The notes beneath the pieces were generated by a model that saw only the letters and a program-made list of their open reading frames with translations, did no database searches and was not told where the DNA came from. A stretch of 64,000 nucleotides of DNA from Paraspadella gotoi (lineage: Eukaryota > Animalia > Chaetognatha). The DNA is taken from NCBI GenBank assembly GCA_051294375.1, contig JBJCIZ010000239.1:2245476-2309475 (forward strand). Reading direction: 5' to 3'. Positions 1 to 10,874 of the stretch are shown piece by piece. Both the position numbers and the translations under genes were made by a program. Each line of letters begins with the position of its first letter. Within the stretch, counting starts at the first letter, position 1.

Positions 1-1190
1 TTCTTCTCTCTCTCTTCCCTTACTCTCACCTAATTCTCACTCTCTCTTCCTTTCTTCTCCTCTCTCTCCCAAACATTTCTTGTGAAGTAAAAAACTTGTG
101 ACAATTCATAAATGGCGGATAGGGGCTCCCAAAATATATCCTACTTTAGAAAAGTTGTTGGTTCTCGCAAAGTTTCTTATTCCAATTTTATGAAAAAAAA
201 CGAAATCACAATGAAAAATTCTCAGGTTGTGATTTATGAACTTTCCACGCCACTTTATGTGGCGTTACCACTTCCGGTTCAAAAATAGCTGTTGTTTTTT
301 GAAAATAAATGGTTCTAGACTTAAATTAGTTATTTTTAAGCTTATTTTCTGGTTAATTATACATAGTTCTAGATTATTTTTTTATATAAATTATATGTAT
401 ACATGTATATTAGATCTCCCAGAAATATCACACATTTTTGAAAGTTGTTGATTCTTGCAAAGTTTCTCATTCCAAATTTGCTTGGAGAAAACGAATATCA
501 CCTGGACTTTCCTCGCCCTCTTTGGCGCGAACTACTTCCGGTTGAAAAAAAACACAGATTTTTGAAAGAACCATCATGCCTTTAGTAAAATTAATCAAAA
601 TATAATAACTTATAACGCTAATACTTAATTTTGTTTTGGTTTACCAATTAGAACTATTATGGGGATTATTCAAACCATTGAGCCGACATGAATTCCCAAA
701 GGGTCAACCAATGCAAAAAAAAATATATTTTTTTAAAATTTATTTATTTATTTTCTTCTAAACAATTTTTTAAATGTGGGTGGTGAATTTCTTTGAAAGT
801 CAATCTTTTGAAAATAAGAGAAAATGGTTTTTGATTTTTGAATTATGATTCATTCATTGATGCTTAAAAAAAATTTTATTCAAAAAATTAACGACTATGA
901 TTATAAACAATGAGTTTTTAGTTATTAAAAAAGGACAAGTTTTTGACTTTAATCCAAGCCTTCTTCAGCGCTAAAAAAGTGTCCGTTTTTAATACATAAA
1001 ATATAAAATTCAAAACAAAATTGAGAGAAAATATATTTTTTTATTGTTTAAAAAACAACGTTTGTGAGATATTTTGGTCTCACGCTCGCAAAATTCTACC
1101 GGAGACCCATGTTAGACAGTCGGAATGGGCAACTGTTCGAATGTTTGCCTTCGCGAGCGTGAGACAAAAAATATCTCACAGTAAAACGAA
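1..1190. repeat. Segment present again as an inverted, indel-rich copy at ~14285-15560
   Basis: 1093-1165 (attctaccggagacccatgttagacagtcggaatgggcaac...) is the reverse complement of ~14305-14372; the match continues back to position 1 (~15560). Confidence 0.85.
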
Positions 1191-1230
1191 AAACGGGTTT
1201 TCGAAGCGGGTACGTTTGAGCTCTGAGAGA

Positions 1231-1386
1231 AAAGTGAAAAAAAAAATACGGACAACCGGACATGGTTCGGCTCTGATAAGAGGCGCGAATTTGTTTCATG
1301 GAAATAAAAAATTTTCACAAGCAAATTCGCGCAGAAGAAGGCTCTCATCAGAGCCAAAACATGTCCGTATTTTTATTTTCACTTTT
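1231..1386. repeat. Short palindromic (foldback/MITE-like) element
   Basis: Arms aaagtgaaaa..atacggac..catggttcggctctgataagag..gcgcgaatttg and caaattcgcgc..ctctcatcagagccaaaacatgtccgtat..ttttcacttt are inverted copies. Confidence 0.55.
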
Positions 1387-1674
1387 ACATTTGTTTTAAA
1401 CAATAAAAAACTTGTATCTAAAACTTACCAACTACAACGAAACGAAAGAAATTACAATATAAATCTGTTTTTTGTCAATAACCGCTGACTTCCCTCGTTA
1501 TTTTGTTAAGTTAGTGATATCGGTTGATAGGTTTATTGAGATTCCCAACCTCAAAGTGGAATCACATGGCCTTTGAACCTTTCACAGTTGATATGTTGAT
1601 ATGTCTTTAAAATTCGCGGTTTTAATGCTTTTTAATGGAGACGAATAATTTATTTGCAACAACAATTTATTATT

Positions 1675-1720
1675 AGACAAACATGTTTCGGCTCACAATT
1701 TGAGCCTTCATCAGCGTCAA
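1675..1720 (-). ncRNA. Minimal type I hammerhead ribozyme motif (Penelope-like element remnant)
   Basis: Minus strand ttgacg CTGATGA aggctca aattg tgagcc GAAA catg TT|tgtc: intact core, stem II ggctca/tgagcc, 1-bp stem III with palindromic CATG, stem I gacg/tgtc. Confidence 0.8.
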
Positions 1721-2116
1721 AGTTCTTTGTGAATTACCTCACAAATTTTTCTACAAACTTCTGGAAACTTTACCCCCTCTCCTATCTCTCTTTCCCCCTC
1801 CCTCTCCCTTCTTTTGTGCCCAATTTTGGGCGACGTGCGATACCAAACTAGAATATTCATAAAAATTAGTAAAATCATATTTATTTTTAACTTATTTTTA
1901 CTTCTTTAAAGATTATTTTTGAATTTTGTTACTTTTATTCATTTCATTCAAAGTAGTTAAAATATTGGCTATAATTGTTTCTATTATTGTTATTAGCGAG
2001 GTAATGGCGCCACCCTCGAGGTTATTATAGATCAATTAACTAATAAAATATTATATTAAAAAACATATATTAATAAAAATATAACAGTACAATTATTGTT
2101 AACTTTAATTCAAAAG

Positions 2117-2451
2117 TATGCGTGGACTAAAATCCACCAACCGTTCATCAGCGGCCATTGGTTGCCGGAGGCAAGTCATTCGCCTCCCAACCCAAAGGTC
2201 CGGGGTTCTAGCCCGGTGGTTGTCTGGCAGTTAAGAGGGACGGGGCGCTTAACCCGCCTGTAACATGGGTGTGTACAGCCTGATCGAAGCTCAGGGACTG
2301 CTTATATTGAACGGGTTCTATCACTAACTCATATCACTAATTACGTGTCTCTTCATTGGTGAGCCCGACTCCGAACACAACAGCAACAACAACACTTTCA
2401 GGCGACATGCCTCACCTGGCGATGCACTTTTCCGCCCACAACACATCAGGC
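2117..2451 (+). mobile_element. TRIM family A, 3'-truncated (LTR 2117-2355, PBS, partial internal region)
   Basis: LTR tatg..tctcttca, then t-TGGTGAGCCCGAC PBS at 2357-2369; homologous to 39531-39860. Confidence 0.85.
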
Positions 2452-3644
2452 ATACTCTCTCTTTTTGAGAAAAATTTTCAACAAAGATTTAAAAAAAGGA
2501 TAGAGGTCGAGGTAAAGACAAGTTAGGTTTAGGCCAGAGATAGAGAGATAGATATTGAAAAAAAAAACAGTTTCACTGTTTAAAGAAAAATCGTTGCTTG
2601 AACTACTTCAAACTCTTTCTAATTCAAAAACGCGACCAATAAATGATAATTTTGTTATTGCTGGATTAAAGGTTTTTTTTAAGGAAAAAAAAAGAAAATT
2701 ATAAATCTGATTAACTTTTTGATGCATGGATATTGTTTCTCTTCTCCTTCACCTGGAAAAACTTAAAAATAGGGTATTCCCTCTAAAGATTTACATAAAA
2801 CTTTATGAAAAAAGGGTCTAACTTCCGGCTATAGTTTTTGAGCAAAAAAATGGTATGCCAGTAATAAAATTATTGATAAAAAAATTAAAATAGTAAAAGG
2901 TATTAAAAATTAAAACCAGGAATTGTTAAAATTAGCAAAGTCTCATTAATAGAATGATTGAAATGAAATTTTGAATATTTACAGCCAAAGTTAAAAGTCC
3001 TTTGGCTATTAAAAAACGAATCTTTTTAAGATGCAATAATTGATAAATATGATTGGATTTTTTTATGATATGGATGATAATCCTTTGTGATAAAGTATAA
3101 AGTATAACAGTATAAAGCCATTAGCAGTCAGAATAGATCAAACACTTTTAATAATACATACTTAATTGATTATCGAGCACTATTTCCGGTTAGGGACACG
3201 CCCACTATTGATGAAAACCCTTTTTTGAACTTTTTTGTCTAAATACTACTTATTAAATAATTATACTAATTGCAAGATAAGTAAAAAACAACTGCCTAAC
3301 TTTTCATTTGTAGTAAAAAGAAAAATTCCATATTGTAGTCCACGCCAACTTCCGGAAAATTGTGCGTAGGTCTAATGCAAAATCTGATTGACGACACCTT
3401 GTTAGTCGTTTTAAGTACTTAAAATTATACTAGAAACTTTACAGGATTGTGAAAAATTTCGACTGCATGGTTAAAAAAAAAGAGTGTAGCGTTTAGTCTC
3501 TCTTTAATCTGACCGTCCTGTCCTATCTTCTTTCCATCCATCGTGTTTCTTCCGTCTACCCTTATCGGGGCTGCAAACCGTTGTCTCATTATCCCAGTAT
3601 GGGCGGCGTGGCAAAATTGACTTGACCAAATAACCGTTTTATAG

Positions 3645-4710
3645 TATGTTGGACTAAAATCCACCAACCGAACACAACAGAACACAACGCAACACTTTCA
3701 GGCGACAGGCCTCAACCTGGCGAGGGCACTTTCCGCCAACAACACATCAGGCGACATGCCTCAACTTGGTGACGCACTTTCCACCAACAACAATTCACTG
3801 AAGAGACGCAACAGACTTCTCCCTACAGGAGGGGGGGATGTATGGTGGACTAAAATCCCCCAACCGTTCATAAGCAGTAAGGCGTAGTAAAATTTTTCTA
3901 AATTTAACTTTAATTAAAATTCTAAAAGTGAGGAAACGAACAACATTATATTAATGAACATTTATGTAATAAAAAATTTATACATAAATTTTACAATTTA
4001 CGCAGGTAGGCCATATATTTATACTAGTACTAAACCAATAAATTTTAAAATTTCAAAACAGTTTTTTTGTAAGTTTTTTTTTGCAGATTTGGATTCGTCA
4101 TAAAAGTTGATAAATAGAAATATAACCTCTTTTTGAAAAATTCCTTCATTAAGTGGGTCAAAAATGAGAAAAAGCTATATTTTAAGCTGAAAAATTAACT
4201 TTTTTCCACATTAAATATAGTTTTTTTAATTTTTAACCCACTTAATGAAAGAATTTTTAAAAATGAAGTTATATTTTCTTTTGTCAACTTTTTTTACGAG
4301 GAATTCCAAATCTGCAATCAAAATTAAGAAAAGCCTATTCTTGAAATATTTCGATTTTATAAGGTTAGTACTATATATAAATATAGCCTACTTGCGAAAA
4401 TTAAAAAAAATAAAATTATTTTTTTTACAAATAATGTTCACTGATGGTATGTTGTTCATAATTGACTTTTAGAATTTTCGTATGTAACTTTCACTACGCC
4501 TTAATAAGCAGCTGTTTCGCGTGCCGGAGGTAAGTCATTCGCCTCCAACCAAAGGTCCGGGGTTCTAGCCCGGTGGCCGCCTAGCAGTTTAAGAGGACGG
4601 GGCGCTTAACCGCCTGTAACATGGTGTTACAAGCCTGATCCGAAGCATCACGGGACTGCTTATTATTGAACGTTCTGTCACTAACATACAAAATAATTAC
4701 TGTCTCTTCA
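3645..4710 (+). mobile_element. TRIM family A with most of the 5' LTR and the PBS deleted, and a MITE inserted in the 3' LTR
   Basis: TSD ATAG at 3641-3644 and 4711-4714; PPT ggagggggggga-tg precedes the 3' LTR at 3841; ends tctcttca. Confidence 0.85.
3878..4503. mobile_element. hAT-like MITE (626 bp, internally palindromic)
   Basis: TIR taaggcgtagt/actacgcctta; 8-bp TSD ATAAGCAG at 3870-3877 and 4504-4511; long internal inverted repeats. Confidence 0.85.
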
Positions 4711-4758
4711 ATAGTTACTTTATTTCGGGAATTTAAATTAGTAGAAGAGACGAAAAAG

Positions 4759-5720
4759 TTTTTAGTCAGATCTGCTTATCAGCAGATCCCGACTCTATAA
4801 TTCACTTTTGTCGGTCCGTCGGTCCGCCTCCTCAATATTGTCGGGTATTAACTTATATCATGTCAGAACATCGAAATTATGATAAATTTATGCAAAAAAA
4901 ATGATGTCCGTCCGTCCGTCCGTCCGTCCATCCCACCTTAGCAAAAACACTAATTACTCGTGATTGGATGGATGGATGGAATGAAATTTTGTGTGCCGGT
5001 AGGGAAGTGTGATTGAGCTGTATATGAAGTTTCGAATGGAATTGTCGCAAGTGGAAATAGTTTAAATGGAAAAAAAAATAAAAAAAAATTTCATCTATTG
5101 AACACCAATTACTCAAGAGTGATGGGGCGATTGACTGAAATTTTGTAATTTGCGTAGGAAAGTGTGTGATTGAGCTGGAAATCAAGTTTCGATGGAATCG
5201 TTTGAGTGGAAATGAGTTTAAATGGAAAAAAACAAAAAATCTGTTTTACTAATTTGATTATGCTTCTTTTTCCTTTTATATTAAATGTAAATGAAGATGT
5301 ATTAATAAATCAAATAATTAATCAGTTAATTAATCAATTAGTCAATTAATTAATCATAATCATCATAATAATCATTAAATTAAATAGTCAATCAATCCGT
5401 ACCATCCGTCCCATCTTAGCAAAAAGCTCCTATAACTCGTGATTGGCTGGTTGGATTGGAATGAAATTTTGTTGTGGGTAGGACAGTGTGAGATGAAGCT
5501 GGATATAAAGTTTCGATGGAATCGTGCGAGTGGAAATGAGTTTAAATGGAAAAACATAAGTTGCATTTACTAAAATCTTTTTAATATATTTTAACCAATA
5601 AATACTCTATTTAATCATAATTGGATGAATAGATTTAGTTGAAATTTTGTGCGTGGGTAGGAAAGTGTGTGACGAAGCTTGATACAAAGTTTCGGTGGAA
5701 ACGTACGAGTTTAATAAAAA
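4759..5720 (+). mobile_element. Possible DINE-1/HINE-like (Helentron-associated) non-autonomous element
   Basis: Starts in a T-run with hairpin gatctgct-tatc-agcagatc, has a (GTCC)n microsatellite at ~4906-4929 and repeated internal blocks (gaaattttg..ggtaggaaagtgtg..aagtttcgatggaa); 3' end not defined. Confidence 0.4.
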
Positions 5721-5842
5721 TATGTGTCACTTTACTTAAATCTTTTTGTTTTCACGATCTTGTTAGTCCTGCAATCGTTCTTTTTTAACCCATAATTACT
5801 CGAATTAATCATAATTGAATTAAATAGATTTGAAAAGGACCT

Positions 5843-5915
5843 GCTATGTAATTATCTTGTAAGAGTGATGGAGGCCTTAAACCACAAGCCTGTCCAAAGT
5901 CAGGGGCAAGATAGC
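5843..5915 (+). ncRNA. P5-type twister ribozyme motif, family C
   Basis: gctat..gagt GA tgg aggcct T|AA acc ac aa g cctg TCCAAAGT cagg..atagc; T1 cca/tgg, T2 ac/gt, P4 cctg/cagg, P5 gctat/atagc; 2-nt deletion relative to the copy at 61615-61687. Confidence 0.7.
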
Positions 5916-6107
5916 TTATTTATTAAATGAATGGATAATTTTTTATATTGGTTGTAACAATTTCATAAAGTTTTTGACGTAATTGTGCCTGTGGGAAATG
6001 AGTTTAAATGGAAAAAAAAATAATTCACATTTTTCTTGAATCTTTTTATTTATGATTACTAATAAATGTTTTAAGTAAATAATTAATTTAATTTGAAAAA
6101 ATGATAC

Positions 6108-6490
6108 AATTTAAAAAAATTATGCAAGTTGAAAAAAAATTATGCAAGTTAAAAAAATTATGCAGTTGAAAAAAGTTTAATGCAAGTTGAGAAATTATGA
6201 TTAAAAAAATTATGCAAGTTGAAAAAATGAATGCAAGTTGAAAAATGATGCAAGTTAAAAAAATGATGCGAATTGTAAAAATGATGTAAATTGGAAAATG
6301 ATGAGTTGAAAAATTATGTGCGTGGAAAAAATGATGCGAGTTGAATAAATGATGCGAGTTAAAAAATGATGCGAATTGTAAAAATATGTAAATTGAAAAA
6401 ATGATGAGTTGAAAAATTATGTGCGTGGAAAAAATTATACGAGTTCAAAAAATGATGCGAGTTAAAAAAATGATGCGAGTTAGAAAAATT
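6108..6490. repeat. Degenerate ~17-20 bp minisatellite
   Basis: Repeated unit approx. gaaaaa(a)ttatgcaagtt / aaaaatgatgcgagtt; duplicated at ~20270-20680. Confidence 0.85.
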
Positions 6491-7432
6491 TTAAAAAATA
6501 CGTAAAGTTGCAAGTGATTTGGTTCCCAATTATCAAGATCCGTGGTATTTTAGAAACGGTGACCCTAGAAATTAGGATAGTGTTATTGTGATGCTAATTT
6601 TTTTTTCTTACAGCTTGAGAAAAAAGTTTAATCAAAAGTTAATTAAATGCGTCTTAGGTACTAAACGACGGAAAAATAACCATATTCACGGGGGGCGTTC
6701 GGTATTCACGTCTGGTTCTTAATTTTCGATAAAAGGTTTCAGAGCAATACCATATTTGGTTCCTTTTTTTGCCGGTACAAGTAACCAGGCTCGTTACTAT
6801 TTTTATCCTTGGAATCTCGAATATTTTTAAAAAAACAGGGCTAGAAAACAAGTAGAACTCTCATTAGAATAAAGTTCTTGATTTTTTTCACCTTTTATTT
6901 TATTTATCTTAATTTCTTCTGAAAACACTCGACAATACATTTTAATTTATATATTTTTATTTATTTATTTTAATTTATCTTACTGTCATGCGAAATTTAA
7001 ATGATATAACGGGTTCGTGTAGGTCTCAAACCTCCTGGTGCAACCTGGTCGGGGGTGAGCCCCCCCTTATGCAATGTCTCCATTCCGCCAAAACGACCAA
7101 GAAATTAATCAATAATCGGCAAACTGGAGATCACGAAAGGGGAGCTGGGCCAATATTGGTGTTGTAAATTCGCACCAAAACAAGACATGCGAATTTGCGT
7201 GCACATTTAAGCGCGCAGTGATGTCGCACGAGGAAACCACCTGCGCGCGTGCGAATAAAAAACTGGCGTGAAAAATCGAGGAATAGAGAAATTCATGAAA
7301 TGCGCGGGAGAAAAAGAAACATTATGCGTCTCGTGTTTTGCCTGAACAAACAAGAACCGTAAAAAAACAAACGTTCGACATGGAAAAACGACGGGGTGGC
7401 ATGGTGAATGGAGGGGAGAAGAAGGAGAAAGA

Positions 7433-7435
7433 GAG

Positions 7436-7502
<67 letters not shown>
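7433..7502. repeat. (GA)n microsatellite
   Basis: Directly visible. Confidence 0.9.
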
Positions 7503-7503
<1 letters not shown>

Positions 7504-7515
7504 GTAGGGTACAAA

Positions 7516-7880
7516 TTAAAATGAGTGAGATCGTCTGTGATGGCTGGCTTGAGTCGATCGACGGAGATTACTTCGACGCCGCGGCCCGGAATCTCTATTT
7601 GAATGTTTTTGGTCCGCGTTCACGGATGTCCGTAAGGGCCGTCGTACTGCGGTTGGAGCGCTCCGTCGAATTGTCCGTCGCGTCTGACGTAGATGAGATC
7701 GGCGTCGGCAAGCGTTTTCGGGATGTGGGAAGGCGGTGCCCATGCCAAGCGGCGGCAGAGGCCTGCATGAAGATCGTCGAGGATTCGTGAGCGGGCGGCG
7801 GCGTCAACGTCAGTTGCTGGGACGGAAGTAGCTCGCCAGGGGAGCGTCAGCATCTCGCCCAGCCTTACTTCCGCTGGAGA
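7516..7880 (-). pseudogene. Gypsy integrase C-terminal (GPY/F) fragment, frameshifted
   Basis: HIPKTLADADLIYVRRDG..LQPQYDGPY..GPKTFKIEIPGRGVEVISVDRLKPA matches the intact pol (HVFIRRGG..PYEGPF..FKIDIPGRGIETVAISRIKPA); second copy at ~21740-22100. Confidence 0.85.
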
Positions 7881-10555
7881 GTAGGGCGTTTAAAAATGTG
7901 TCTAGAGTCTCCAAAAAAGGTGTCATTTCTGTCGTATTTAAACGTTCTTTTAAGAAAAAAAACCTTGCAAAGACTTTTTCAAAACACTCGCCTCTCCCAG
8001 GGCGTCAAGTGCCACGAGCGTCAAATTTATCGATTTTTGACAAATTTTCCTTTATTTTCTTCGTGATAATAGCCAATTTTAATAATTTTTCAATGTTTTT
8101 TATATTTTATTAAAATTTATTCAAGTAAAAAAATTTTTAAGTATCTTCTCTAATGGAAAAAATTCTAACAGAACACCGAAGTGAACTCTCAAAAAGCAAG
8201 TTTTTATTTCGATAAAAATTTCATCAACTTAGGAAGTTTGCACGGCGCCGAAATCATCGCAAAAGATAAGAAAAGACAAAGGGTCGAAGATGGCAGAATT
8301 TGTTCAATTCGTCTTCGCCTCAATCAGTTTGTAAAATTTCGAGAGCGCGCATGTGGATCAACAATTACGATTTGAATTCGGACTCGCGCTCGAAACGAGG
8401 AAGAGGCTCGTCGAGAAACAAGAAATTTGATGAGAAAAACGGTGAGAACCTGGAATTTCAATTTTAAAGTAATTTGACAAAGTATTAATCTGTGATGGTA
8501 ATTAATGAAAATAAATTTTTTAAAAAAACTTTAATAGATTTCATCACTACAACTTATGACGATGATTGATTCAGAATGGTCATTCCGCGACGCTAAACGT
8601 CGAAAAATGCCGGAAACTATTTCGGTCACATTAACAGTCAGCGAGAGTGGATACGGTAGCCATCTGCGCTGGCTGAATCGGGCAGCGTCTATCGACCGAT
8701 AATCATTTTTTTTCTCTACGAGATATTCTTGTCGCGACGTGAAAGTTGACATGAAAACGGGTTTTCTCTCGCCTTCCGCTTATTGCCGAGATACGTAGGA
8801 GTTCATATGACAAGTAAAAATCTTGTAAAGGTAAAATCTTTTAAAAAATTTAAAAAAACATTAAAAACTAAAATAAAAAGTTTATAATCATATGTCTATC
8901 TCCAGGAAATCTTTAAATTTCCGGAAATTCTTTAAAATTTTCTTTGAATGGAAAAAGAGGAAGACCAGCAACGCTGGCTCACAAGGTGAAAACGTGTCGG
9001 TTGCCTTCAGTGGCCCTGGGATGGAAAAAAAAAAGTTTCTTGAGAACACTGCAATTAGCGGAGGGCACGGAGTCCTTGTTGGTTGACGCCGTGAAGTCGA
9101 TTGTCTTTTATGGGTTTAGATCGACAAAGTTATTCCCTACAATTACGAAACTGCAAAGTGTTTAATACTGGCCAGCCAGTGGGTAAATGAATAAAAATTC
9201 AAAAACTTTTTAAAATCTAGGATGAGTAGACAATTTTAATTATTCAAAATGTAGGAGCTTGTGGTAAAATTGAGGAGGCCATAGGGAAAGCGTTCGGTTA
9301 AGTTTGCCAAGTGACATGAAAACTTTGCAATTACTCATAATCCTTGAGCAAATTCCCAGGATTTTTGCAGGGGAATTGATATGCATCGACGCGACCCACC
9401 CCAAAGCAAAGAAGTTTTAAACTTGAAAACGTTCAGCGGCCAATTTGTCAAATGAAACTCATCTATAGCCCCGTCAAACTGATTTTTTTTGTCGCCAATA
9501 AAACTTTTGTTATGAAATCAATTATTATTTTAATTTTTAAAAATTTTGTCGGCTTGCCATTTTTCTTGGTAACAATTAAATATTAAGTATTTGAAATCTG
9601 TGATCTCAATTTTTCGTTTTTAGGGAAAAGTTCAAGCCAATTTAACTTTCGGTTTTAATATAATTTATTAAAAAATCCTAATACCGGTTGAGGAATGTTT
9701 AAATTAATGATTAAATATTTCAGGTAACTTTTAAGTATAACAAATAATTCAAAATTCATTCTTAATTTAGTAATTTTTTTTGAAAAACAGCTCAGAAATC
9801 GCTAAAAAATCAAATTATTTTTGATGAAAGTAGCACTTTAACGCTTTCTGGGAAAGGCCGAGATATTAAAAAAATGTACTAAAAATGCTTTTTATTTTGT
9901 AATAGCTCTAAACAAACGAAAAGAAGACACTTTTCCGTAACTCTAATGAACAATTTTCAGCGGAAAAAAATGTGTCTAGTACATAGCTATTTTAGTGTAA
10001 TCAATCTGTAGAATTAGAAGATGAAAACCAATTTTTTTGTATAGTCTCATATTCTTTTGTCAGAAATGGCGATTTTTGCAGCATAATAATAGTAACTATT
10101 AAAATGGAAGCAAACAATTGTAAAGTTAAAAACTTAAAATTATTAAAATTTAATAAAAGCCATATTAATTTTACATAATATGAATAAAGATCCATATAAA
10201 TATTCTCAGGAAATTTTTTACAATTTATATTTTAAATTAACTGTTTGTTAGCCAATATTTATTAATAAAATAATGAATAAAAAATAGACTAAAGTGAAAA
10301 AATAAAAAAATTAAAACCGGATTTAAATTCTTACAAAAAAGTTGATATAAGAAAGTATAATCCATTTTAAAAAAAAATTTCATAAGTAGGTAAAAATATT
10401 AAAAAAAAACTATTATTTTTGTTTATTTTTTAATTTTTTGCCTAAAATTATAGTTTTCTGATTTTGACCAACTTAATAACATAATGTTGATATAAAATTT
10501 TATTTTCTATATCAACTTATTGCAAAGAATNNNNNNNNNNNNNNNNNNNNNNNNN

Positions 10556-10873
10556 GAATTTTCGTATGTAACTTTCACTACGCCTTAATAAGCAGCTGTT
10601 GGTGCCGGAGGTAAGTCATTCGCCTCCCAACCCAAAGGTCTGGGGTTCTAGCCCGGTGGCCGCCTAGCAGTTAAGAGGGACGGGGCGCTTAACCTGCCTG
10701 TAACATGGTGTTACAGCCTGATCCGAAGCTCAGGGACTGCTTATATTGAACGGTTCTGTCACTAACATACAACAATAATTACTGTCTCTTCAATAGTTAC
10801 TTTATTTCGGGAATTTAAATTAGTAGAAGAGACGAAAAAGTTTTTAGTCAGATCTGCTTATCAGCAGATCCCG
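10556..10873 (+). repeat. Extra copy of 4472-4791 (MITE end, TRIM-A 3' LTR with twister core, flank) next to an N gap
   Basis: Near-identical to 4472-4791, including ataagcag and the atag flank; probably assembly redundancy. Confidence 0.8.
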
Positions 10874-10874
10874 A

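Noticed and set aside
1335-1370. ctgatgagagcc on the minus strand as a hammerhead
   Set aside because: No downstream GAAA in register; it is one arm of a palindromic element.
5863-5900. SECIS element (GTGA..AAA..stem)
   Set aside because: The 3' GA of the quartet is missing and there is no selenoprotein context; the twister fold explains more conserved positions.
6108-6490. CRISPR-like array
   Set aside because: Degenerate contiguous minisatellite with no unique spacers, in a eukaryotic context.
7020-7260. Possible transposase fragment (WPSSP-like peptide on the minus strand)
   Set aside because: The resemblance is too weak and no other DDE motifs were found.
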